From NCBI GenBank assembly GCA_002633005.1, contig NMRA01000279.1, positions 466,882 to 530,881 on the forward strand: DNA of 64,000 nucleotides. Reading direction: 5' to 3'. Positions 1-12,000 of the stretch are shown here, in pieces. Made by a program: the position numbers and the translations under genes. The notes beneath the pieces were generated by a model. That model saw only the letters and a list, made by a program, of their open reading frames with translations. It searched no databases and was not told the origin of the DNA. This stretch comes from Phoronis australis. Taxonomy: Eukaryota; Animalia; Phoronida. Every line of letters begins with the position of its first letter. Positions within the stretch are counted from its first letter, which is position 1.

Positions 1-1783
1 ATAGTGCAATCTTCCCTTAAAAACTTTTTTGTTGATGATGCTTTTGATATGCATTTGTATTTATAGACGTAGTCTGGGTCAAGTTAAACAAAAACGTCCT
101 CACAAAATGTAGATGCCTGTACCTTGCAGATGTGAAGAAAAACGGCATTTGCCACTATACGAATTCAATAGCCAACGCTGTCCTCTTCGTTTCTCGATAG
201 ATCGATCTACTGAAATAATAATAAATGTTGAAATAACGAGCTGGGTCAAGGCATGTATAGCTTGAAATGACCAAAAACAAATCTCCACCGAAAAATTAAG
301 CAAAAAGCGTCATATTTCAAGACTCGCTACGTTTCCGCTCTTTCTCGGCTTCTGCAAATCGACTTTTATCTGAACTTAGGAACACGATTTTTCGAAAACG
401 GCTCGGTTGATTTCACTGAAACTTTCCAATTTTAATATATATTTATCAATCAACAATTCTGTTAGGATTTCCCTTTAAGGTCCTCCTTACTGCCGTAGAC
501 AAACACCACCGCTGTTTTTTTTTACAAAAATGTCTTACGTTTTTAGAGTTAATTTGACTTGCCTACATGCAAAACATATGTCTACAAGCAGACCGATTGT
601 TCTGCAGTCTTTTAAGCACACATTTTTTCAATATTCCACAGAATGGGCCTGTTAAGTAACTGAGAAGGAAGGACGTTAAGGTTGCCAGCAAGTACAAGTT
701 CCTACGTGGTTTAGGGATGAAGACTATCTTGATGTTTGTCTATGTTTTGAGGATGCAACCCAGTCGATGGTACCAGTGTGAAGTTAATATTGTCTTAACC
801 TTCATAATAATCTCACAGCAACTGACCAAGAAGAAAAGCCACCTACATAAATCACGTCACGGAAAAATACCAGCACAATGGTTCACATTTGTACAGTCTC
901 CGTGGTCACTTGGTAAGAAATTCGTGAATTGCTAGAGGATGTTATCATGTACACGTTGCATGTCATCCGAAATACCCCGGGCTACGAAAGTATTCGAGGG
1001 ATTCAATGGTATTCTACCTTTTTATTAATATATACCTGCTCTGAATGAGCAGCAAACAGGGTCAAGCCACACGCTACACTAGTTTGCGTGAATTTCCTGT
1101 TACCCTTCCCCCTCTTCTTTTGTCATTCTTTGCAGTAATTCACACCTGCCGTGTGCCACTGTGTATGTTTCCAGCATTTGCTGTTTGGTGGCATTACTGC
1201 GTCGTTTTATTTCTACTTGAGAATGAAACAAATATCGTGTATCTCTTAATCACGTCTCTTGGTAAGTTGCTTTACCAATGTTCTGTTGAGTGTCAAACTT
1301 TGTTCCAAGGATGCGAATTGAATGGAATTAAGATTGCTAATAACGACAAGTGTCGTGTATTCAAACAATTTTGTAAATATACATATGCATATTAATTCAA
1401 AACAGCACGGGAATTCTCGCACGTATCTTCACACTTCTCAAAAATGCTTCTTGCTTATGCGTGTCCAAACTTTAGTTATTTCAAAATGGAAAAGAATCTG
1501 TCATATCTGAAAGCTGGCCAGGCTGCCTGTTGAGTACACTCAAAGACAGAAAACATGAAATTTTGCGAGGGCTTGGTGGCGATGCTGAAGCCTTAGCCAA
1601 TACAGTCAAATTCTTCATTCTAAAGACACGTGGCTGGTGATCACACGTGACTGGTGATCACACGTGCGCAAGATAAACTTATGATGCATTTCTTACGCCT
1701 GTGCAATTAGTCCCAGTTGAATGCCTGTTATGGACGGATGTTGCACAAATATTCACAGACAATGGAATGTAAAATTAGCGAAG

Positions 1784-1789
1784 TTTATT
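1784..1789 (-). promoter_or_regulatory. Candidate polyadenylation signal (AATAAA) for the large gene
   Basis: About 950 nt downstream of the stop codon and followed by a T/GT-rich tract. Other AATAAA hexamers exist (overlapping the stop codon, and at 1021), so this one is uncertain. Confidence 0.3.
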
Positions 1790-2734
1790 AAGTTCACTGA
1801 GTCAATATAATTAGGACGGGAATATTTTTCAAAACTAAAAATACTAACTACGACAATTGCAAGATGTACTTTTCCTGATTAACATTACAAGTTCAAACAT
1901 AACTTCAATGGCACAAAACCATGGTGAGAATATAACATATTGCATAGAACGACCTTTAATAAAAATATGGTCACCTGGATAAACCCCACGCTATAACATT
2001 ACAATAATACATTTCATCACCATAAGCCGGTTAAATGCCCACGTCGGAAGTGAGCAGAGGACATGTCGCCGTTGTCCAACAAGCAGAACAAGTCAATGAA
2101 GTGGCGACAATAGCTCTAATCAACAGGTATACTTCGCTGTAACTAGAGGAACCAAATTTGACATAAACTATCGATTTCCTACAGTTAGCGAGACTCCGTT
2201 TTAGGCGGCGCGAATAACTACACAGCATAAATATAAATCAGTGTTCGACGCTTAGCTTGACGCCAAGTCGCATTTGGCGACTTGGCGAAAATCCCAGGTC
2301 GCCAAATCGAGCATTGTAAAATATACACTAGTTTTTACAAAAATACAAACATCTTCGAATAAAAAATCGGCAAAATGTAAGAGTAAAAGTGTTCGGATAT
2401 GTCGTCATTGATTTATAGTTAATGTTTCCTCGAACTTTCTTCACGCACTTCACCATAATGCGTCTTTAACTAGATTTCGTCAAAAATATCACAAAAATTC
2501 ATTCTGTAAAACAAGATACCCTATGTAAAGCAATACATCGCTATAAAAATCTTTGCTGGAATTTAAGATGGAGTGAAAACAAAATAATGACATACACGTT
2601 ATCTACATGTAGGGTAATATTGCAAAACGGGAATGTTTCATGTAAATGGCATAAAATAATTCTATAGTTGATCACTGTTCTCGCATTAAACTCCCAGACA
2701 ATGCCTGTTCCCTGGATTGGTCTTGTCAGAAGCT

Positions 2735-5700
2735 TTATTTATTGTCATAAAAAGGCGCTGGGTTGTCGTACCTGCAAATACACGTAGACATGCGTTGGAT
2801 GTGTGTCATTAATGTGCTCGTAGACAATTTCTCTCATACTTGTGAAAAATGTCAGCAATCGCAAGCTTCTAGGGGTGATTATTAGTATACGAAAAAGGCT
2901 ATTTAGATGACGCATATGTCAAGCGTTACTGTCTTCCGAATAGAAAATTTTTGTTACATTTAATGAACCTACATCAAGGAACTCCTTAGACAGAGGCAAA
3001 TGTGAAAAAAATGCCATTCGAAGGGAAATCCCTAGTCGGATTAGTACATCCATTATCAATTTAACAGGAAGACATTTGCCAATCTCCAAAGAACTTTGCA
3101 ATGTTTGAGGATTAGAGCTACCGATGCAGAAAAATGCCACTAGAGGACAACAGAATAGTTGGACCATTTCAAAATCTTCGTCACTCAGTAACACATCTAC
3201 CAATTTTCATGATGACCCCCTTAGCGTTTGGGCGGATGCAAGAACTGATTACAAAAAATCGAAAATAATAACAAGAGCAACGCAGAGCGTTAAAAGGCGC
3301 CCAAGAATGCATCGCAAATGGAGTGCTTTTAGGGTTATTTATTTGTATCATAAAAATGGCCACTAGATGGCACAAAAACGTACAATCCATCAAAAAACTA
3401 GAACATGCCATATTCCATAAAAATGTGTCAAGAAACTTCAGAAAAACAAGGAAAAACAGAATAAAATGAAACTGCCACTTAAGTGGGGCACAGTATGAAC
3501 GTACATGCCAATTTTCATAACCATTCTGCGAGCGATTTGGTTGATAGAGGGGTGGACGCAAAAACAGCAAACATGGCCTCTAGGTGGCGCAAACTACGTC
3601 GCATCCATCCGAAAACGGGAGAACAACGTCATCTCAGTAATACGTGCCTACATATCGAATTTTATGAAATTCCGTTGAAGACTTTTGAAGAAACAGAGGT
3701 AAACGTAAAAAACTAAAAATTGCCAATAGGGGGCACACCGGTAGTCGGATCCGTCCGAAAATCATCGTCATCTGTTGTCAACGTCATATAAATACACTTC
3801 TTAAATTTCGTAATGATCCCTTAAACGGTTTAGGAGATACGGCCATAAGCGCAAACAAAAAAACTGCCACTATGAGGCGCCACAGTAGTTCAAATCGTCG
3901 GAAAATCACCGTCAGCCGTCCACTTCATAGTAAAAAGATACATGCCAATTTTCACGATCATCCTTTAAGCGGTTTGGTTGATAGAGGGTGGACGCAAAAA
4001 CAGACTTGAAAACAGTAAAAATGACCGCTAGGTGGCGCAAACTACGTTGAACCCATCCGAAAACGGCAGGACAGCGTCATTTCACTAATAGGTGCCTATA
4101 TATCAAATTTTATGAAAATCCGTTAAGGACTTTTGAAGATACAGAGGTAAACGTAAAAAACCTTAAAATTGCCACAAGGGCGCACACCGGTAGTCGGATC
4201 CGTTCGAGAGCTCGCTCATGCCGTCCCATCCACAAAAGGAACACATGTGCAAAATTTCATTGATGAACATACGTCAAGGCGTTTTGGAGATAGAGCAGCG
4301 GACACCGGACGGACGGACGGACGGACGGACAGAGATGAAGGCATAATGCGTCCACATATAAATATGTGGGCGCATAAAAATGGTCAGTACGTGGTGTAGA
4401 ATATATGGAATCCACCCAATATTGTTGTCTTCTTGATAAAACAAACTTGTTTGCCAAATTTCATGAACTGTCGAAGAACTCGGAAGATCTCCCCTTTTAG
4501 CTACTTCCTTTGATTAACACAAGGCTTAGAAGGTTTGTTTGAATCAACCCAGCCTTATAAATTACAGGTCTTAAAATTTCCCGGATGCTAAATATGTAGT
4601 GCAAGTTCCGGAAAGATGCCGAAACATAAGCACTTGATTAAATGCATCTATTAGATATAGACAGGACCTTTCTTGGATAGGTAAAAAGTTCATCTTCATG
4701 ATTATACTGTACGTGAAGAGTGGAGGTCTGTAACTACTAAAGTAGTGCGCAAATGCCTCAGTGTATCACTCTAGAGCAGGAATGCGTTAAAGTGATAGCT
4801 TACCTGAAAAACGCATCCCGATCGTGATGTCCTTTTTGGCGAGGAAAGGAGTGGTCCTGCAAAGTAGCATATTTTATTGTTACACAACCGCATCACAGCT
4901 ACAGGAAAAGTTAACGCGAAAACGAAGACTGGGTGCAACCCGTTTCGGTTGGCAAAAATCCTAAGAGAGCTAATTTTCAAACAATTATTTGGAAATCTAG
5001 AAATTTGATGCATACAGCGAAACATTAACGAGGACTCGTCGTACAGTATTACAGGCAACTGACACACAATGTCTAAGCCCGAGCTAACAGAGAAATCATC
5101 TTGGTAAGAAACATGTGGAACCGGGCGACCAGAAGAAACAGGAAATATCGGATTTTCCAAACGCATTAATCTGAAGAGTTGTCACTCATCAGTAAGAATT
5201 TATTGCAAAGTATTTACTTGACCGTTCGGTAATTGTTCATTCTCGCCATCCCACTCGATTGGCATTTCCCACGCTTCATCGCCAGTGGCCCCAATGGTAA
5301 TTCCTCTGGGGAAAGACTCCGCTCCGTGGTAGCCGCCTGACAAAGGGTCTTGAACCAAGCGTGGGAGTGATGGTATATTTGCTGTAGCAGAGAGAAGATG
5401 AACTTAATTTTTGCGGGAGCAATCAACATTTTAGCTGCTCTACACAACCCAGGAGCTTTGCTATGTACAGTGGCACACGGTAATGAATTCAACAGTTGGT
5501 ATACGGATCTAAGCCATCAAAGCCTACTCATATGGTTCAGATCTAAGCACATGCAAGAAAATGTTTTACCTTGCGCAATACAAGAAATAAATAGTTTTTG
5601 TGTTGAACATAGTATACCTATCAGTTTTCCCACCTCTATTCGTCCAACAGCATTCTACGGCGGCAACTTTGTGCGTTAGTAGAGGTCGAGAAAGCAGTCA

Positions 5701-6010
5701 CTACACCCTAACGAGATCTTTGGTTAAACTACTGTGAGATGTTGCGTGACCTCGCCAAACTCACAAGACATTGCCTTTACTTAACGCAAGGCAGAAAGAA
5801 AAAATTGATCACAACGTGTGATTGAACTGATGTAAACAAGCAAATATTCCGCAAGAAGACAACTAACTGGTTCTGTGAACGGTTATGTCGCTGGCTCTGT
5901 CCCATTTGTCGCCTACGTAGGAGAATCCCGTCGGGTCGCCTTTATTGCCGATGAGTTGTTGGTTAAAGAACCCTTTCCTTCCCGTCGAGTAGGCGTCCTG
6001 ATAGGCTAGT
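2735..6010 (-). CDS. Four cytoplasmic-tail exons: 5868-6010, 5218-5381, 4804-4856, 2735-2771 (stop)
   Basis: Phases chain 2-1, 1-0, 0-2, 2-stop. Translation: [132 protein letters not shown]. The ORF track misses these frames. Confidence 0.75.
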
Positions 6011-9000
6011 CTGCGACCATAAAAACATGGGATGATGACAAACGAGGTTTGAAGAAAAAAGTATGACTAAAATAGCTTCTGCTTTGGCAAAGCAAACATG
6101 GGATCACCTGTTCAACGTTTAGCGACACCTATATTCAGTAGCAGTAGTTCGGCAATTAATGATAATCCACTCGCTTGCAATCACTCCACTATCCATATTA
6201 GGATATTTCAAAAGCTGATCATTTTAGACATCAAACGTCTAAAACCGACAACAAACGTTAGAGTCACAGTTTTGCATTATTCTACTTCAAACCTCAATTT
6301 CAATTGACAAATAAATGGTGTCAACATATCAGTTTGAGTCCCTGCATTGCAATTCTAAAAAACTCTTTGGTCAATTTTGTGATTTCATTTTGTTGAACAG
6401 AGTGTATAAACATCACTTACTTGTTTCTTGTTCTCCTCTCCGACCGACGACGATACAAGAAGCAGATGCACAGACTAACAACGATGATGATGAAAATAAT
6501 ACCCCCTATTGTCGAGCCCACAATAACTGCCACATCCACCTTCGTTGGTTGACTTCCGACTTCTTTACAAGTGGCACCGAAATACCCAGACGGGCAGCTG
6601 TAAAAAAAGTTCAAAATGCAGCCAAGCTTGCACATAAAGTGAGTGAGGTCCTGTTTACATCGCGTGAATGTCAGACTGCACATGCTAAACACAGCCGTCA
6701 GGCGCAACTCGTACGTCAAGAGCTCATTATGCACGAGGATTGTTTAATAATCCTTCTGTCTAACTGTTTTGCCTTCCATGCATTTTATATCGCACTTTCA
6801 GAGTTAACGTGACTTCAACGCATTTGTCAGTCATTCTTCAGCTAAATGCAAAATGTTATCGGACAGTCTTGCCGCAACGTCTTTCACTAATAGCAAGTCA
6901 CCCTCTCGAAATATAATCGAAAATAAATGATACGCCTACAATGACTCAGCAACTTCCTTAAAAATGCCATGTCCCTATTCCTAACAAGAAGAGGTGCATG
7001 TACTACTGCCGAAATAAAAACTTGACGTTTTGGAGCTTATGGAAATCAGTGCATTGCCAAACATTTTGTAGCAAAATGATATTGGATATCTACACTTTAC
7101 GAATAAACTTCATACAATTGGGGTGTAATGACGCATTGGGACAGGGTTACACTGTACCTGCAGTTAACAGTGCCAGCGTTATCCACACAAGTTCCCCCGT
7201 TCTCGCAGTAGCCTTCCAGTGTTGCGCAAGTTACTGAAATGAAATCAGAGGTTACCAGCTAGTGATTTTCATCCGGCAGAAATATAAACTGAAAAGCGTA
7301 TGGTGAAATTCTGCACGTGTCGACAAGAAAAAATGCTTGCTATAAACCAATATTGGGAATAACTATTTTGAGTCTTAGAATTGTTAGTATGTGACGTACC
7401 CAAAATCCTTTGATTTAACACCATGGTTACAAAACATTTACCCAGTCGTTAACTGCAGGTTTATGCCTATATGAGACAGTCGCAGACATTGACAGATTAT
7501 CAGAGCAGAAAGCGCGAAAAAAATCAAGCGAAGAAAAAATGATAAACAATCAGATGAACTATCGCAAAAACAAAGATCCTAATCTACAAAGCTGCTAGTG
7601 TAACACATCGACTTCTAGCAGATCATAGAGTATAGTATGGTCTATAATCTACGAGCAGACTAAATGTGTAATTGAATCATCAATTTGCCTATATCTTAAG
7701 ACAACTATTGAAGACAACATTAGATAAAACGTCAATATGAATTGAACTGCTTTTCTCAGAGTCATAAATCAAAACTATGAGCTCCGTGACGTTGAGGTAG
7801 TTGAGAATATTGCGGATGTTTCGAGGGCATGTTAGAGAACAGTTCATTGGGGCATTTCAAACTGAAGCAAGCCAAGTTACAAGGAGAGCGATATCTGTAG
7901 ATGTTTATTGTGTACTTAAAAGATGCTAACTTTATCAACGACAATACTATCTTCCAATCTTCTCACACCAATGAAAACTTCGAAATAAAACGTTATTCTG
8001 ACTGCACCATCAACAACATCATTTACCTAATAACATAAAATGTTCCATTCAATATGTAGGACAAACTCAACATAATCTACTGTACAAACTCGATTTCGCA
8101 ATCATAGATTTGGCATATTACATAAAAACATTTCTGATACTATAGGTAATCATTTCAGTTCCAAAAACCATAATCTACAACACCTTGTGTACAAATAGTA
8201 GAAAAACTCCAAAACCCCAGTACCCCTCGCAGACTCAAAAGAGAACAATTTTGAATAGATAAGCTTAACACACTTGAACCAAATGGATTGAACATTAAGA
8301 CTTCTTAAATTTTACCCTAAAAGTTTACTTTTTCCGCAACAATTTATCATGCTCATTACGCCAAATATCACATGTCATTTGTTATATCCTGTTTAATTTT
8401 ACTTTATTTCTATTTGTGTTGACAAAGGATGATATTACATCCAAAAATTTCAGTTGATCCATTATTGTTGTTTTAATTCCCTATATATATATTATATTGA
8501 GCAGGTCCGTGTGTAACTGATCTTAAATGAATAATTTATTTTTCTTAGGACAAGACTGTGAATTTTGCTGTAGGTGAACCAATGAAATTGGAAAGTAAAT
8601 ACTCTTTATACTTAATTTATGAAATGATAAAGACTGGTCAGTTTTAAAATTGGGTGACATAGAATACGCGGAAATTTGTGGAATGAGTGAGGGAGAAAAT
8701 CAAATTTTTTACATTTGCTGGATATTGTCAATGCAGCTTAATACTGGAGTAACTGTGAAACATCGGTAGCCAGCCGCCTAGCTGTATACAACTTTGTACC
8801 AAGGCTAAAACATCGGATACGTTCTGTTAGCACTTTTAAGGACAATGTCAGCAAATTGAAGTGTAACAAAATAAAAGAGTTGTAGAGGACATCAAGGCGA
8901 TGTTTTGATAATATTGGACAAAACCTTAAATAGATTTAAAATGTTTACACTTAAGCACTCGATGCAATGGTATTGAAAGGCAATTGGTTATGGAGAGTGT

Positions 9001-12000
9001 CTTCACGGTGTTTGTCAAACTGTTTAACAAGGAACAACGAACCATATTGAGACAACCTTGGTAACTAGGCCACTGCACCATCAGAAACAGTTGCTTCATG
9101 TTGCTAAACATTTTGATGACAAACCAATGACACTGAGGCTAGGATAGAGTTAGTAACGGGCAGATCCATGACAAAATCTGTATCATAAAGTACATGACGT
9201 GAGAAATAGCAAGACAGAATGTAGAGCTTTAAAACCTACACAATTATCCCTCTATCACTTTCTACTCATTGAAAGTCATTCGATTGCATTAAAGAGCACC
9301 AGCTTATCGTGTAGAGCTGTTGAGGTCAGGATTGAGTAGGCCCATGAGGTCAGGACTCAAGAACGTGACGTCACATCGTGGTGTATTTACACTCACCATC
9401 AGTCGGCTGCACTCCAACTTCCTTTCCTCCGATACTGAGTTTGCTAGTTTCCGCCATCACCTGTGTGACATTCCGTAGCAGTTCTTGGTCACCGCCAGAC
9501 GATGGCGGAGAGTTCAGAACGACTTGGTATTCCGCAACAACGCTACCCCTCCTACAATATCAATAACACTTTAAGTACATCCACGGAATAGAGCAGGTAG
9601 CAAACGGAGACTAAGAGTAGGAAATGATTTTGAGGGTAAAATCCACGGTTTTCAATCCACAAGCTATTCCCGAGGGTCTTTCTTTAGGGAATAATGCCCT
9701 CATTGAGGACCTATTTCACTAGTCCGTGAGTCTCCCAGCCAACGTTTCACTGGCATGATAACACGTTTATTTCACGAATGTGTCATCACGCAAAAACTGT
9801 GATTTTTATTAAGCCACCGCTTCAAATCTGTCCCCAATCACGTGAGATCTTCATAAGAGAGTCTTTGGATAAGAGGTCAGTATCGGGCGATATTAGTTTA
9901 CCTGAGTGCAGTGATGACCACTTCCTTGAAGTTCGATAGCGATTTCTTTAACAAGTCTGTCAACTGGAAATAAGAAAAGAAACTAACGGCATGCACTTAC
10001 CCAGTCGGCTCTTGCAGACAGCAGACATTGAACACTTAACGACGGTAACACACTCAAGGTATATTGAAGCAGACTACATTATCATGACCATTCAATGAAA
10101 ACTTAACGAAGACACACTAGTCTTCTCCAAGAAGACGAGTGTAGCACACGGAGAGACTTTGCCCAATTGGCTCTAGCAAAAGGGAAATCAATACTTACAG
10201 CATTCTTAATATCTTCCACGAGTTTCTTCGTGTCCGGGTGTGTAAAGTTCTTGAACTTGTCCTCAAATGTCAGTTCAAGTTTAATAGAAGCATTTACCAC
10301 AGTCGTCACTGCAAAATACAAGTGGTATGTACAGTAATCTCATTCTGTTCAGCGTACATCAATCTTCAGTCAAGGATGAAACCGAAGGTCGCATGTTGAC
10401 TTTCTATTGATTGACAGATGTCGTGTACTAAGAGATTGCTCTGTTCCCGAGCACAAGGGTTTTGGGGAAAACTCAGTGGGTGTTTAACAATATTATTACA
10501 GCCAGCGGGATGGCTAAAGCCCCAACAAGCACGGAGGGTGTCAATTTTAATGCGTCTCAATATTGAAAATGTCAAACATTCAGTGGGTCCTGAGCTGTGT
10601 GAGCTTGTGACCAAATAAATGATGGACTTATGAAATGAAACGGATGGTAATATTTTGTTTACAAGACCTCTTTATTACTTTTGTCGTTTGTTTTCAGAGA
10701 TGCTCACCCGATATCACAACCAGGAGACTCCACAGGGCCACAAAAAGAAAAGAAGGTGATTCCACACACAAATTCAACCTCGTCAAAATCTGTCCCTCTC
10801 ACCGACAGTAATTACCTCTCCTGACTTCCTACTGACCTTCACCACATTGAAGTAAAAAGTCACAGTAACACGTTTGAAACAACGTGGGTGAACACCGTGC
10901 TGAAGAGCCCATGCAAGAGGTCAAAATTGAGTATTGATCAACTTTTTTCTGATTATTGGTGTTTTAATTTGTGCCCCTAAAAGGCTCATTTGTGGTCAAT
11001 TGTAGCGGTACAACGTTTCAGTTTACATGTAATGAAAATTGGGTGATTTTATGTAAAGTTAATGGAATGTTTATTTGTAGAAGTGATGTTATTCATGGCA
11101 AAATTGGTTGCGAAGAAGTTCTTTGACAACGAAATACGATTTTAGAATTGCCCTGGAAAACGTACAGTAAACGTTTGTGTCATAACTATAGTACCCGCTC
11201 TAGATGTGTGACCAAACAACCAAAATTTATCAAGCTGGCCAAAATTCTGAAATAAATTACCAATTACGTGTATTGAAATGGTTGGAAATACGCAAGAAAT
11301 GCCAAACGAGGAATCGTCCTTCCCGTTGTGTCAATCCATCCAGTATTTTGACATTATTCTCAAGTGTTGTTTTTTTATTAAAATAAGTCATACCACGTTG
11401 TCTCGCGTAGAAACCCAACCGGAACGAGCTAAATATTCCATGAACTTCATTTTCGTTAGAATCTGCACAAAATGAAACTCAGCGCAAACCAGCTTTCATA
11501 AAAAACATTCTCACATGATGCCCGTTCATCGTGACATCAGTTTTTTCAAAATAAACAGAACAGAACATACACGCAACTAATTAATTTCTTAGCAACTTCG
11601 TTAAGTTTCCAGACCTCTGGAAACGCTTTGGAATATACTCTGACGAATGATCAGATTTAAATGTGATAATTTCAGTAACTTAGGGCAAGCCGTTGAAAAT
11701 GTACCATTTGTCTATCAGCCAATAATTTGTTACCCCGGAGTAGACGCACAGCTTTCACCTACGGCGAATACCAGAAATGCGATTCTCAGTTCGATAATAT
11801 TGCTAAGGTTGTTGTTACAGTGCGCTCTGCTGCTCAACACATGTGGCAATTTGATCTAAACAAATTTCTTCTCTTACGTTTTAGGGCCCATTGACTAAAG
11901 AAAGGTCTGCACCAGTTCCCGTGCAAAACATACAAAGGTGAACCGCGTAGGCAACTGATAACCTGTAGTAGGATTGCTAGGGAGATATAAACCGACACCA

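Noticed and set aside
60-480. Possible Kolobok-type MITE remnant ending in CCCTTTAA
   Set aside because: I could not find a matching left TIR or TSD within the window, so it is not listed as a feature.
1625-1668. 17-bp tandem repeat containing three CACGTG E-boxes
   Set aside because: A short local duplication downstream of the gene; nothing else supports a regulatory role.
717-2228. Short ORFs at the start of the window
   Set aside because: No recognisable domains or splice-consistent exon chain. Probably 3' UTR or intergenic sequence.
5214-5492. ORF-track translation of the tail exon (...[12 protein letters not shown]...)
   Set aside because: The phases of the neighbouring exons require a different frame ([17 protein letters not shown]...).
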